Shown: positions 12,491-25,579 of the stretch, in pieces
Layout: each line of letters begins with the position of its first letter
How positions within the stretch are numbered: position 1 is the stretch's first letter
NCBI GenBank assembly: GCA_951406725.2
Contig: OX597823.1
Location: 106,764,001-106,828,000, forward strand
Reading direction: 5' to 3'
Origin: Octopus vulgaris
Lineage: Eukaryota
DNA length: 64,000 bases
Translations under genes and position numbers: made by a program
Notes under the pieces: generated by a model
Databases searched by the model: none
Told to the model about the DNA's origin: nothing
What the model saw: the letters and a program-made list of their open reading frames with translations, nothing else

Positions 12491-13291
12491 TACACGCATA
12501 CATATACATTTAGCATAAACCCACACACATATATATATAGACACACACGCGCACGTACATAGGGGACGAATGTACATTATTGTTAAATAGTAAGATACAT
12601 AGAGAGGGAGAGAAAGAGAGAGAGATGGAGGGAAGGAGAGAGAAGGAGGGAGTGAAGGAGAGAGAGGGAGGGAGAGAAGAAGAGAGATGGAGAGAGAGAG
12701 AAAGAGAGAGAGTGTGTTGAACGGTTTATCGTAGAGATAATGTGTAAGATCGATAAAGTTCAGATCACTCAAACTCTGATATCTTTATCTTCATTGGTGA
12801 AAAAAAAAATTAAATAAAAAAAGCCTGTTTATCATATTTTATGGATATAAATTGTCGAAGATATCATCAGATAACTATCAAATAAATACACTATTTTACA
12901 AGAGTTTTTGACTTCAGAGGACCTCAGTAAAAAAAAACAAAAAAAAAAACGTTGCAGTAGTCGTTGACATCAGAGGACCTCTGTGAAACGCTATTTTACA
13001 ATAGTTTGACTTCAGAGAACACCAGATATTTAAATCTTTACGCGAATAGATCAATAACGCGATGACAGTCCACGCTGAAGATATTAAGTTGCTATCCCAG
13101 GTCCTAAACTAGCCATATTCTATAAACATAGAGCGAACTCCGACGGTTTATAAATCACCAAGTACTGCTGGATAAAACGAAATCGGGATGCAGATATCAT
13201 TGGTGTTGTAGTTTGTTACTGAGTTGATGGATAAGGTAACCGTGGGATGTAGGGGCCACCAATATTAAAATGCACTTATCATGCACTTATC

Positions 13292-13696
13292 AGGCGTAGG
13301 AGTGGTTGTGTGGTAAGTAGCTTGCTTACCAACCACATGGTTCCGGGTTCAGTCCCACAGCGTGGCACCTTGGGCAAGTGTCTTCTACTATAGCCTCGGG
13401 CCGACCAAAGCCTTGTGAGTGGATTTGGTAGACGGAAACTGAAAGAAGCCCGTTGTATATATGTATATGTATATATAAGTGTGTCTGTGTTTGTGTGTGT
13501 GTGCGTTTGTGTCCCCCAACATAGATTGACAACCGATGCTGGTGTGTTTAGGGCCCTGTAACTTAGCGGTTTGGCAAAAGAGACCGATAGAATAGTACTA
13601 AGCTTACAAAGAATAAGTCCTGGGGTCAATTTCTTCGACTAAAGGCGGTGCTCCAGCATGGCCGCAGTCAAATGACTAAAACAAGTAAAAGAGTAA
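13292..13696 (+). mobile_element. SINE family B, full length (tRNA head, CORE-like block, internal microsatellite)
   Basis: A box TGGTTGTGTGG, B box GGTTCAGTCC, CCTTGGGCAAGT motif typical of CORE-SINEs, 3' AAGTAAAAGAGTAAA. Same family as 36559, 44967 and 60540. Confidence 0.9.
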
Positions 13697-13960
13697 AGAG
13701 CAAAGAGTATGGAAAACGTTCTGATGAGTTACAGTGTGTCTGTTTCGCCATATTACGTGTCGATATCAAATACCACAAGGATCAATCTTTACATTTTATC
13801 CAGTATCCGGTCTTGATTGAAACGAAATAATACCAGTAATATGTTGGGTTATTCAATCTACAAAACCTACAGATGTAAGTTATGTATCTCGTGAAAGGAA
13901 ACAGAAGTAACAGTTGTTAGCACTTGTAAACTATTAATATCTTGATTAAGTAGCTTTGAG

Positions 13961-14144
13961 CAGTGCACCGCAACCTTTTTTTCTTGCAGTACACCTATAT
14001 ACTTTTCAAAATTCAGCGGCACACCTCTGCTAAAACTATAGCTAAACGTACAGGGAAAAAATTATATTCAGGTAACACTGCGGCACACTTAGCATCGTCT
14101 CATGGCACACCAGTGTGCCGCAGCATACCGGTTGCGGAGCACTG
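13961..14144. mobile_element. hAT/Charlie-like MITE
   Basis: TIRs CAGTGCACCGCAACC / GGTTGCGGAGCACTG; repeated subterminal GCGGCACAC; degenerate 8-bp TSD (GCTTTGAG/GATTAGAA). Confidence 0.75.
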
Positions 14145-14250
14145 GATTAGAACATATCCTGTAAAGCCAATGTATACATGTGTGTATGTGTGTGTTAATG
14201 TGTGTGTGTTAATGTGTGTGTGTTAATGTGTGTGTGTACGCGCGTGTGTT

Positions 14251-14296
<46 letters not shown>

Positions 14297-14346
14297 AGTA
14301 AGTATGTATGTATGTATGTATGTATGTATGTATGTCTGTATGTATG

Positions 14347-14388
<42 letters not shown>

Positions 14389-14777
14389 GCATGCATGTAT
14401 GTATGTATGTATGCATGTATGTATTTATGTATGTATGTATGTATGTATGTATGTATGTATGTATGTATGTATGTATGTATGTATGTATGTATAGAAGACT
14501 GGCAATTTTGATATATTTTTAATTTCATGTTATACGGGTTTCGTTCAGATAGGCCAGTTTAGCTCTGACCGAGAACGTGTATATTTTAAAAATAAGAAGG
14601 AAAAAAAGGAGAAATAAAAACTGTTAATATCCTCTCTGTGTGGAGCGGACGAATTTCGGGTTAATATAGGGATGAAACTTGTTCTGTAACCATTTTCTTT
14701 AATTTTGATAGCGTAGCTTACTTCTATGTATATTGATAATTTATGAAGGGTATATCTTACACCAGCGCCTGATTACA

Positions 14778-14846
14778 GGCGCAGGTGTGGCTGTATGGTA
14801 AGAAGTTTGCTCCCCAACCACATGGTTCCGAGTTCAGAGCCATTGT
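14778..14846 (+). mobile_element. SINE family B head fragment
   Basis: GGCGCAGGTGTGGCTGTATGGTAAGAAG...CCAACCACATGGTTCCGAGTTCAG. Confidence 0.8.
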
Positions 14847-15436
14847 TTAAGGTCGGCTGATGCTGTAAAAGCTACTCTAAAAACGTCCATCGTCTAACTG
14901 ATCAGATACCAACATTTAAGAGTTGAATATAATAGATTAAAATTCAGTTTTCTAGCCGGGTATTGCAATAGGCCAAACGCTATTCTGGGCCTTTTCTAAA
15001 TTCATACATTTAGCACTAAATAACAGCAATACAAACCAATTATAAATAGGGCAACAGAACAAAAAAAAAGCAGATTTTTAACACTTTTTTAAATTCATTT
15101 TTGTTTAAGCTGTTAAAAAGAGAAAATGCTAATTATATAAAAAAAAAATATTGAAAACGATTCTTTCAACAAAAATCAATATGAGTGATCATTTATTGAA
15201 AAACAAAAATTCTAATGAAGAAATATCATTATTCCTATAAAAATAAACATTTTTTTTTATTCTATTACTGTCTAACCTTAAACTACGATACAAAATAATG
15301 CTTATTGATGTATGCTTATAAATCAAAAAAAGGCGTTCTTTCTTCCTCTTTTATTGCAAGGACTTTTATGAAGTCCTCAAATCGAATTTTTGAGATGTTT
15401 TATGCTGATTAGCTTTACTCCTGAGTGTTTAACCTA

Positions 15437-15778
15437 ACAACCGATGCTGGTGTGTTTAGGGCCCTGTAACTTAGCGGTTTGGCAAAAGAGACCGATAGAA
15501 TAGTACTAAGCTTACAAAGAATAAGTCCTGGGGTCAATTTCTTCGACCAAAGGCGGTGCTCCAGCATGGCCGCAGTCAAATGACTAAAACAAGTAAAAGA
15601 GTAAAGAGCAAAGAGTATGGCAAACGTTCTGTCTGTTTCGCCATATTACGTGTCGATATCAAATACCACAAGGATCAATCTTTACATTTTATCCAGCATC
15701 CGGTCTTGATTGAAACAAAATAATACCAGTAATATGTTGGGTTATTCAATCTACAAAACCTACAGATGTAAGTTATGT
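15437..15778 (+). repeat. Local duplicate of 13529-13885 (SINE B 3' half plus unique flank)
   Basis: Near-identical over about 340 bp, with a 15-bp deletion (ATGAGTTACAGTGTG) and a few substitutions. Confidence 0.95.
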
Positions 15779-15989
15779 TACCTCATGTTACCTGGGAAGA
15801 TTCAAAAGAGAGCAGGTTGCCATAGAATTAAGATGGTCTTAACCTTTTCAAACTAGTCCTAAAATCCCCATGGCGAAGAAACAAAATATATAAGAACCCA
15901 TTTTGCTTTCATTTTAAAATAAAGAGTGATGGGATCAAAGTATTTGGATAATATTTGAATAGACTAAGATGATGATCGGGTGGAATTTT

Positions 15990-16145
15990 CAGTACGCTGA
16001 GTAAATGTTTAGCGGCATTTCGTCCGTCTTTACCTTCTGAGTTCAAATTCCTCCCAGATCGACTCCGTCTTTTATCCTTTCGGGATCGATGTAATCGACT
16101 TACTCTCTACCCTGAAATTGCAGGCTTTGAGCGAAAAATTTGAAA
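15990..16145 (+). mobile_element. SINE family A, diverged
   Basis: AAATGTTTAGCGGCATTTCGTCCGTC...TTCTGAGTTCAAATTCC...TCCTTTCGGGATCGATGTAATCGACT. Confidence 0.75.
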
Positions 16146-16514
16146 CTAATATTTGGATAGACTTGGTAGTTTTCATTGTATGGATGCAAACTGTTTTTTT
16201 TTTTTTATTCTTACTAAAAAGGTGAGTTATGAGGAGCAAAATACTTTGATAATATTTGAATGGATCTGTACTTTGTTAAACGAAAAAGTACCAACATATG
16301 TCATCTAAACAACAAATTACTACAATCAGTAGCTACACGAAGACACGGGCAATTACATCATCCGGCTACCAGACAGAAACTACCGCACAACTGTCACTAA
16401 ATCACGCCAGAGATCGTTGTTGCTTCGTGAGAATGTGGACACACCTCACTTTACCGAATTCCCAAGTTTAGAATCAATCACGAACATCTTAGTTATGATA
16501 TCTTCCATTTTTTG

Positions 16515-16685
16515 TTGTCATTGGCCTGCCGCTATTCTGGGGCACCACCGTGAAGAGTTATCACAAACAAAGCGACCCCTACTATTTATTTCCAAGCCTG
16601 AGATTTATTCTATATCAGTCCCTTTTGCCCAACCGCTGGTTTACGTGGATATAAACAAAATAACACCGATTGTCAAGTGGTGATG
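16515..16685 (-). mobile_element. SINE family B 3' part, diverged
   Basis: GTCATTGGCCTGCCGCTATTCTGGGGCACCACC...TTATTCTATATCAGTCCCTTTTGCCCAACCGCT...AACACCGATTGTCAAGTGG. Confidence 0.6.
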
Positions 16686-16729
16686 AACATACACAAATAT
16701 ACATATACATATGTGCGTGTGTGTGTGTT

Positions 16730-16774
<45 letters not shown>

Positions 16775-16826
16775 GTGTGTGTCTCTGTGTATATATACAT
16801 ACACACACACATATATATATACTCGC

Positions 16827-16870
<44 letters not shown>

Positions 16871-17144
16871 AGATATATACATACATACATATATATATAT
16901 ACATTTACACATATGCAAACTCATATATGTACATATATATGACATCTCTCAAGGGAGACACAGAGAGACAGTGAGAGAGTGGGGTGGAGTAATAGAGACG
17001 CTTAGATCCACACAAACACACATACGCATACACATAGGCGCGTGCACGCACACACAGACACGCACACACACACAGACACGCATGCACACACAGACACGCA
17101 CGCACATGGTGTTGTGTCGTTGCTATTAATCCCAAGCTGATTCA

Positions 17145-17300
17145 GCAGATCTAATATCAAAGGTATTCCAAGTGTGACTTACCCGGCTTTCTCCCTTCTG
17201 GTAACTCAGGCCCACATTATCTAATGTGTCATTTTCATGTTGATGGGATGTAATATGAGAGAAACTGGCTGCTATTTCTAGCGGACTACTTAGAGGCCAC
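17145..17300 (+). repeat. Old dispersed repeat (family E), related copies near 28150-28710, 44180-44350 (-) and 51660-51820
   Basis: Shared motifs AAAGG(T/C)ATTCCA...TGAC, AATGTGTC and GGCTGCTATTTCTAGC across the copies. Confidence 0.45.
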
Positions 17301-17563
17301 CCTAATGTGTTTATGTCGGTCTTTTAGTACTGATGCACTGTTAATGTTATTGATTCGTCAGGAAATAGACAGGCTGATAATAATACGCGGTAGGGGAAAG
17401 GTGCAATGGTAGAGTTGGGTATTTATGGATGTGTGTGTATGTGTGTGTGTGTGAGAGAGAGAGAGAGATAGTGTGTGTGTGTGAATGTGCGTGTGTACGT
17501 GCGTGTGTACGTGCGTGTGTGTGTGTAAGCATATGTCCGTGCTTGTGTGTGGTTATGTGTATA

Positions 17564-17621
<58 letters not shown>

Positions 17622-17719
17622 CTTTATTTGAAGCAGCAAAAACTATCCGATGAACGGCAACGGGAAACTCAGAGTAACAGGTTTTGTTGAATAGTACTCT
17701 TTTTTCCACCTTGTTTCAC

Positions 17720-17758
<39 letters not shown>

Positions 17759-17781
17759 CATACATACTCACACATATATAT

Positions 17782-17832
<51 letters not shown>

Positions 17833-18199
17833 TACACACATGCATATATATATATATATATAGTGTATATATAATGAGAAAGCTGCACGTGTGTGTATGT
17901 GTGTGAGTGCGTGCGTGCGCGTGCGCAAGTGTTTATGTGTGTCTGAAGTGTTATACATGAATTTGTGTGCATACATGAGACTTTATGTAGAATTATCTAA
18001 TTTTTTTGCGTAAATGGTTTCATGTTTATTTGTGAATGTGTGCATGGATTGTGCATGAAGAAGTTTGCACAAGCATATGTGTTTATGTGGTGTGTTTATG
18101 TTATATTTGTATGTGTATAGAGATTAAAGAAGTGTGTCTTTGCGTCGTGTCTAGATGTATGTGAGTGTGTGTATGCGTGTGTGTCTGTATATGTGTGTA

Positions 18200-18239
<40 letters not shown>

Positions 18240-18686
18240 TGTTTATTATAATTGTGAAGGTTTACATGTATGCACGTGTGTATGTATTTATGTAAACGAA
18301 TGCACCTGTTTATGTTGATCTTTATGTTTGTCATATAGAATGGTAGTCATAAGGTTAGTTGGGTTACAACATCAACGATTAATCTCTTGGTCCCCTTCTG
18401 CAGCCGATTCCGAGAGCGAGGCGATAAACGGTCCCTAGTTATTTATTGATTGGTAGTCTTTGTGCGATATATTGATGTATGTTTGCGTATGCATTGTGGA
18501 GACACTATCATGAACAGTGTCATCTCTGTTACCATCACAACTAACTCATCAGCAAATACAACAAAAGAAACATAGATAAATGCGTTATAGATAGTACTGC
18601 ATGATATATATTTATATATTATTATGGTATATTCTGTCAAGAACTTAGTAGAGTACAGTGTAAATCTCTTTCTCCTACAAATTTAC

Positions 18687-18761
18687 CAATGTGCTGTCCA
18701 GTAGTTGTATTGTACGACTTCCAGGTTTGCATTTGGACATCTGTAGTGTGTGAATGGTTAA
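18687..18761 (-). CDS. Candidate 75-nt internal exon of an unidentified minus-strand gene
   Basis: Acceptor TTTCTTCAATTTCTTTTTCAG and donor TTG|GTAAAT. Open in phase 0 (LTIHTLQMSKCKPGSRTIQLLDSTL) and also in phase 1. Confidence 0.35.
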
Positions 18762-18815
18762 CTGAAAAAGAAATTGAAGAAATTGGAGTCAACATGAAGA
18801 TGTAGGGTTAAACAG

Positions 18816-18923
18816 TTATTTTTTAATCACTACAATTGATTCCACGCAACGTAGTTCCCTGGGCGTGCAGGTACACCCAGCGAACTACGTTGCGTGGAAA
18901 CAATTGTAGTGATTAAAAAATAA
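18816..18923. repeat. Near-perfect 108-nt palindrome/hairpin
   Basis: 53-nt arms TTATTTTTTAATCACTACAATTGATTCCACGCAACGTAGTTCCCTGGGCGTGC versus the right arm, with 4 differences and a 2-nt spacer. Confidence 0.9.
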
Positions 18924-18987
18924 ATGTCCAATCGTACCCAACTGTACTTCAGTTACACATACATACAAACATACATATGCACTTACA

Positions 18988-19023
<36 letters not shown>

Positions 19024-19096
19024 TGTGTGTATATATATCAGGCTGTTAAGGTGAAATAGGCAAAGAAAAATTTTTTTATGCTCTTTTATAATTCTA

Positions 19097-20375
19097 TAGG
19101 GTTGTCTGGAAAGTTCGTGCCGATTTTTAAAGAAAAGAAAAAGGTAAATAAATACTTGCCATTACATTTTTAATCAACCAAATACGAACTATTTTGTTGC
19201 ACAATGCGTCTCCATCTTTCCTTTAACTTGAAAATACCCTCTTCCCAGAATTGAGGTGGTTTCATGGCAAAGAATTCATCAAGGTATCTTTTTATGTCAT
19301 CCAAGGAATTGAAATTTTTACCGTTAAGACTATTCTGCAGAGACCTGAATAAGTGGAAATCAGAAGGAGCAATATATGGTGAAAATAGAGAGTGGGGTAG
19401 AACATCCCAGCCGAGCTGCAGCAATTTTTGTCTGGTTCCCAAAAAAACGTGCGGTCTTGCATTATCATGTTGGAAAACAACACCTTTCCTGTTGGTCAAT
19501 TCTTGACGTTTCTCTTGAATTGCTGCTTTTAACTCGTCCAGTTGTGTGCAGTGTTTCTCAGAATTAATTGTCTGGTTACTTGGGAGAAGCACATAGTACA
19601 GAATTTCTTTCCAATCCCACCAAACACAAAGCAAGACTATTTTAGGGTGAAGGCCCGCTTTTGGGGTAGCTAAAGGTGTCTCATGTCGCTTACTCCAGAA
19701 TCGCTTTCTCTGAACATTTCGGTAAGTAATCCATTTTTCATCACCTGTCACAATTTGCTTTAAAAAAATGCGCGTTTTCATTCAGTTTATAAAGCGAATC
19801 ACAGATGGAAATGCGATCCAAAAAGTTCTTCTCACTCAACTCATGTGGTACCCATACATCGTAACGATTTGTGTATCCAAGCTTTACCAGGTGCTCATGA
19901 ACGACGGATTTTGATAGGTTGAGGCTTTTTGCCAAATCTCGGGTTGTGCAATGTGGGTTATTCTCAATTAATGACTTGATTTGGTCTTCATCTGTAGCGG
20001 ATGGTCTGCCTGATTGCTCTTTATCAATAAGGTTACAATCTCCAGCTCGGAACCTTGCGAAACACTTCCGTACAGTTCTTTCGGATAAAGAAACATCACC
20101 GTAAACTGCGCATATTTCTTTGGTTGCTTGTGAGGCACTTTTCCTTTTACGGAATAAGAAAGACATCAAGTGCCGAAAATGAACTTTCTTATCTTCCATT
20201 TTAAAGGGTTACAGAATTAACACAGGTTATAGGAACATAAGCCTTCTCCCGAAAAGATAGCTTAAGCTCTGCTCTAAATGGAGGTGTAGTCAAATCCTAT
20301 TTTATGGACTCAACTATGTTTTAAAATAAGTCGAAAGGTAAGCTACTATAAATCGGCACGAACTTTCCTGACAAC

Positions 20376-20379
<4 letters not shown>
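19097..20379 (-). mobile_element. Full-length mariner transposon (DD34D, mellifera-like)
   Basis: About 1.28 kb; TIRs GGGTTGTC(T/A)GGAAAGTTCGTGCCGATTT at both ends; TA flanks; transposase inside. Confidence 0.95.
19170..20199 (-). pseudogene. Mariner transposase with one frameshift near 19775
   Basis: ORFs 20199-19741 (HTH, SGRP, YDVWVPHEL) and 19781-19170 (TGDEKW, HDNARPH, FSPYIAPSDFHLF); 34 residues between the last two catalytic Asp. Confidence 0.95.
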
Positions 20380-20426
<47 letters not shown>

Positions 20427-20444
20427 CATACATACATACATACA

Positions 20445-20480
<36 letters not shown>

Positions 20481-20974
20481 TATATATAGCTAACAGCGAG
20501 GGATTATCAATCTGGGTAAATTTACTTCATAAGCTCTTTGTTGGCACAGTCAGAATAACAATATTGTTTAGATTAGTGAAGGACTCCGAGTGTTCTTATG
20601 GTCCAAGGTTATGGTTCATCACACTTCTATATTGCGAAGCCATGGATGGGCTCCAGACAAACTGGTTTTTACACACAGTGATATATAAGACAAGTTATGA
20701 ATAATGGTCATAAGCAGAAATGGCTCTGACAAAAGTAGAATTAAGTTTCGTTTAGATCGTCCCATTTTTCTCAGCTGATCAATAGACCGATTGAATAAAT
20801 CGATCAGTAATTTACTTACAATGAATAATGAAAGCAGCTGTAAACCAAATTTGTTTTAAGAAAAGAAAAATATGTAATAACCATTATTTATAACTTGTCT
20901 TACTCACATACACACACATACAGATTGATATACAGGGAGAGAGAGAGAGTGAGAGAGAGAGAGAATGAGAGAGA

Positions 20975-21007
<33 letters not shown>

Positions 21008-21008
<1 letters not shown>

Positions 21009-21120
21009 CGCTTAGTGGTCAAGATATTGCCGTCACAGTTACGAGATTGTGGTTTCGATTCCCAGGTCGCGGGGCGTGTTGTGTTCTTGAGCAAAGAACT
21101 TTATCTCACGTTGCTCTGCG
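21008..21120 (+). mobile_element. tRNA-derived SINE head, family D (related to C)
   Basis: GCTTAGTGGTCAAG...GAGATTGTGGTTTCGATTCCCAGG...GTTGTGTTCTTGAGCAAA...TCACGTTGCTC matches the reverse complement of 28483-28603. Confidence 0.75.
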
Positions 21121-21251
21121 ATCGTTTTGACATCTGATGCGAAGCACAGTACGTATGTAACAGTGCATGTATACATGCATAGACTAGCTGAAAAAAAACC
21201 AACAGGATAGTCATAGTTGGAACTGAGTTCGACCAGGACAACCTGGGTTAA

Positions 21252-21296
21252 ACAACAACAGCAACAACAACAACTACTATTACTACTACTACTACA

Positions 21297-21383
<87 letters not shown>
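21252..21383. repeat. (CAA)n(CTA)n microsatellite
   Basis: Direct inspection. Confidence 0.95.
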
Positions 21384-21918
21384 GTGGGAGTAATCAGTGT
21401 GACATAGTGTACACGACAAGGCTGGACTTTTAAATTAAAGACACATTTCTTAACACTGGGCTTCTTACAGTTTTCATCAGTATAATTGCGTTCACAAGAT
21501 GAAGTGCGGCCCGAGTCTATGATAAAAGGCATTTAGTCAAGATTCTGTGGAGTGTGGTTAAAACTGAAACCTTAAAACTGTCCAAGTGAACTTGTTAACC
21601 AATGAGCCATGCTCGCATTCACTGCTACCATTATTAGAGTGCTACAATCACAGCCAATGCACTTCCAATACCACAACCAGAAACAGGAAACTGTTTTACC
21701 TCACCACCACCGGTACCCTTCCAAAACTATCACTATTAGTACGCTATCTTCACCACTATCTTTACTCGTACACTACCGCCACCAGCCCCAACAACACTAC
21801 CACCTAAACATCGCTATACAATATTCCAACCAACACTGTATCACTCTTGTTTCCAATCCACTGCTGTAAAGATGTAATGTTGACCTTAATTCCTGCTGGC
21901 TGTAATCTCCTCAACCAT

Positions 21919-21962
<44 letters not shown>

Positions 21963-22439
21963 TCTCTCTCTCTCACACACACACGTCTACACACATTACC
22001 TCACCCTGTCTCCTCACCCTCTACCATTCGATCCCTTTCCTCCTCAGACTTTCATTCTCTCAACTTTTCCTCTCTTTTTATCAGAGTTTCAATATCTCTA
22101 TCAATAACCCAACCCATCTCTCTCTCTCTCACTCTCTACACATTATGCTTCCTTATTATATATTTCTTCTACGTATTTATGTGATTATTAAGATATTCAC
22201 ATTTCTCTGTATACACAGCTATATGTATGTGTACTGATAAATATGTATGTATATAGATAAACGTATGTATGTATGCATGCATGTATGCATGTATGTATGT
22301 ATGTACCTATGTCTGTATGTAAAAACATAGCCTTGATTTCATATAGATGCATATGTATATTTGTATGTATGTATGTATGTATGTATGTATGTATGTATGT
22401 ATGTATGTATGTATGTATGCATGTATGTATGTATGTATG

Positions 22440-22471
<32 letters not shown>

Positions 22472-22740
22472 AACGAAGCTGTGGTTTCATAGAGAGGCAT
22501 ATGTATGTATGTACATATGTATGCAAGTATGTATCCATTTTCTGCCTGTCTAACTGTTTGACTTTTTCTTGGTTCATCTACCAACCTACCTACCTACCTA
22601 CCTACCTACCTACCTACCAACATACCTACATACATACCTACCTACCTACCAACTTACACACACACACACACACCTATATATCCAGCCATATCTATCTATC
22701 TCTCATATGGCTGCCTCTGTCTGGTTCTTCTCTTCCTCCT

Positions 22741-22790
<50 letters not shown>

Positions 22791-23701
22791 GACAGAGATA
22801 AATATATATATATATATTTGTATATATTTATATATACATAAATATATATGCGTGTGTGTGTGTATGCATATATATAAGTATGTATAAGTATTTATATAGG
22901 TATGTAGGTATGCATGCTTATGATTGAATCTACCACTTGCACCCCTACCCCTCCCCCATTTCATCTTGGTTCTGCTTGTCTATATACCTCATGGTCATTA
23001 CTCTCCTTCCTTCTTTTTCTCAGTCAATCACTATCTCTCCCCTTTCCCTTTCCCTCTTTTTCTCTGTCTCTCTCTTTCTCTCTCTCACACTCTCTCTTCT
23101 CTCCTTCTCACACATACACTCACACGCATACTTTCTCTGCATTTCCGTTTTTCTTGTAATCATACTATATATGGAGTATTGATATAAATACTCGATAAAT
23201 CATCTACATGCATATATTTACCTATACATACTGCTTCATAGGACCGTTGGCACATACGCATCTACATGTGTATACATCAATATATCTACATGCTTGTTGG
23301 TATACACACACTCTCACACATACACACACACATATGTATGCATATATATATGTATGTATGTATGTACATATATATGCATGAGTCCGTATCGACTTTAGTT
23401 TTAATTTCATAAATTATTCCTATTTATTTTGAAAGCACCATTTTAATTTGTAATTCAATTACTGTATCGCTATAATATTTACATATATAATTTTGAAAGC
23501 AAATGCAAACTTCACGAACACTCGCATTCTCCCATATACGCATATAGCACGAGAAAAACTCACACACACACACACACACAAACACACACATACACACACG
23601 TATATATGCATGCATGTATGCATATATCTAATTGTCTACTTGTCTGTCGATGTATATATATATGTGTGAGCATGCATAAATGAATATGTATGTGTTTGTG
23701 C

Positions 23702-23784
<83 letters not shown>

Positions 23785-23849
23785 TCAAATGTAACGCACA
23801 AAAAGGGCCAGTGAAAATTTATAATCATATTTCTAGGTTATAATAAGTT

Positions 23850-24150
23850 TGTTGGAGATTAGAACAGACTGCAACGATAGATTCAAGATTTAAGGAAATC
23901 TTTTTGGGGACTCCCAATGTGCAAGAAATAGGAGCCAAATTGGCCTCGAAGAGCATTCTACCGCATTATAGAAGAAAAAGCTCATTGGCTAAGACATGGC
24001 GCGCTGAATATTAGAGAAAATATGAATGTATATCTTCATAAATTTCTCAAATACTTTGATATTTCGGAGCATACTCCACTTAATCGGGTTAGCCAATCAG
24101 AGGAATTACTATTGTGACTGAGGATCTAACCGAAACGGACATATGCACCA
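23850..24150 (+). mobile_element. Possible Penelope-like 3' relic
   Basis: Decayed coding-like stretch followed by CTGAGGA-tctaacc-GAAAC (hammerhead boxes without stem II). Confidence 0.25.
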
Positions 24151-24714
24151 AAATTAGTAGTTTTATTTAATCTATATGCTAATATAAATAAATAAATGAA
24201 TAACTCATCCATCAGAGTTGTAATTAACATCGTAAAGTTACACTTACGCGTTTGAATTTACAAAGGGGAGAAAATATAGTGCGTGTGATATGTTAGCTGT
24301 TTGACACAGAGCGCCCTCACTCCGAGTCAACGCATTATTAGTGAACACAATAGCTTTGGATTCTGGCAGGCAACAAGTTGGAATAGAGATTAGTTGTTAA
24401 TATTATTAAAAGTACGCTACTGCCTCGGCCTACAATCATTAGTGAGTTGGGGAAAAAATATTAAATAGCGGTTCGTCTGACGCTAATACGATTTGAGTTC
24501 AAATCCCGCTGAGGTCAACCTTATTTTTATCCTTTTGAGGATGGCTACCCTTCAAAATTGCTGGCTTTGTGCAAAACTTAGAGAGACTACAATAGAAAAT
24601 ATAGCTGCAAACCAGTTATCTAGGGTCACAAAGGCTGTGAATGCCTCATAAGGAGTCTTAATGCATTCATATTATCCTCTACGCAAGCATTAAAAAGGTC
24701 CAGTTTGGCCTTAC

Positions 24715-24920
24715 TTTTATTTTTAGGCTTGAAGCGTTAATTCTGGAAATTTGGCTGTGACCTTTTTGCAGGCCAAGTGACCTTGTCAGTAGAGGACGTT
24801 TGAGGCACTTTAAATATTTTGTCCGCGTGGCCTTTCTGAGGGGAGTGCTGCTTTTTGTTCGCCGGTACATAGTGTTTAAGTACTGAAGTTACGTCAGTCG
24901 ATAACCTCTTTCTTACCCAA
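24715..24920 (-). CDS. Candidate exon with 5'UTR and start codon (ATG at 24870)
   Basis: Acceptor TTTTATTTATTTATTTATTTTTAG and donor AAA|GTAAGG; in-frame stop upstream of the ATG; 52 codons MYRRTKSSTPLRK...SSLKIK ending in phase 0. Confidence 0.4.
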
Positions 24921-25062
24921 CTAAAAATAAATAAATAAATAAAAGTAATGGCCTCGTGCATTGCCTATAGTAAAAGGTATTATTTATAATCTGTGAATTG
25001 GTTGCGTCGAACAAATTGCGTTACACACACATACATACATACACGCGCGCACACACACACAT

Positions 25063-25118
<56 letters not shown>

Positions 25119-25157
25119 GCATACATAATATATGTTATATATAAACCACGTTGTGTG

Positions 25158-25200
<43 letters not shown>

Positions 25201-25579
25201 TGAAAGATAGGTAGATAGATAGTTAGAGAAAGAGAGTGAAAGAGAGAGTGAGACGCATTCGTGCGTGTCTGTACAAGTGTTTTGAAGTATCTGTGTGTGT
25301 ATGTATTTATGTATGTATGTATGTATGTATGTATACGTATGTTTGTCTGTACATGTGTTTAGATGAATCTGTGTTTGTATTAAAGTGTGTGTGAATGTTT
25401 GAGTGTGTGTGCGGGTGTATGCGTGACTATGTCATGGTGCCCTTTCACCTCACTACATCTTCCTACTCATTTCATGAATCAATATTATTATTATTATTAT
25501 TGTTGTTGTTGTTGTTATTATTAAAATTACTATTCATATACACTCAACAAATTAGATTATTGGAAAAGAAAAATTACTA

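Noticed and set aside
12890-13022. Three spaced TTGAC(T/A)TCAGAG(G/A)AC repeats, superficially CRISPR-like (also 4478-4582)
   Set aside because: Degenerate, irregularly spaced, spacers partly related, eukaryotic context and no cas genes.
15785-15860. Minus-strand AG...CAG|GTAACA exon candidate
   Set aside because: Stops in all three frames and a weak acceptor.
18387-18407. TTGGTCCCCTTC, identical to the first 12 nt of miR-133
   Set aside because: The 3' half diverges and there is no complementary upstream arm, so no precursor hairpin can form.
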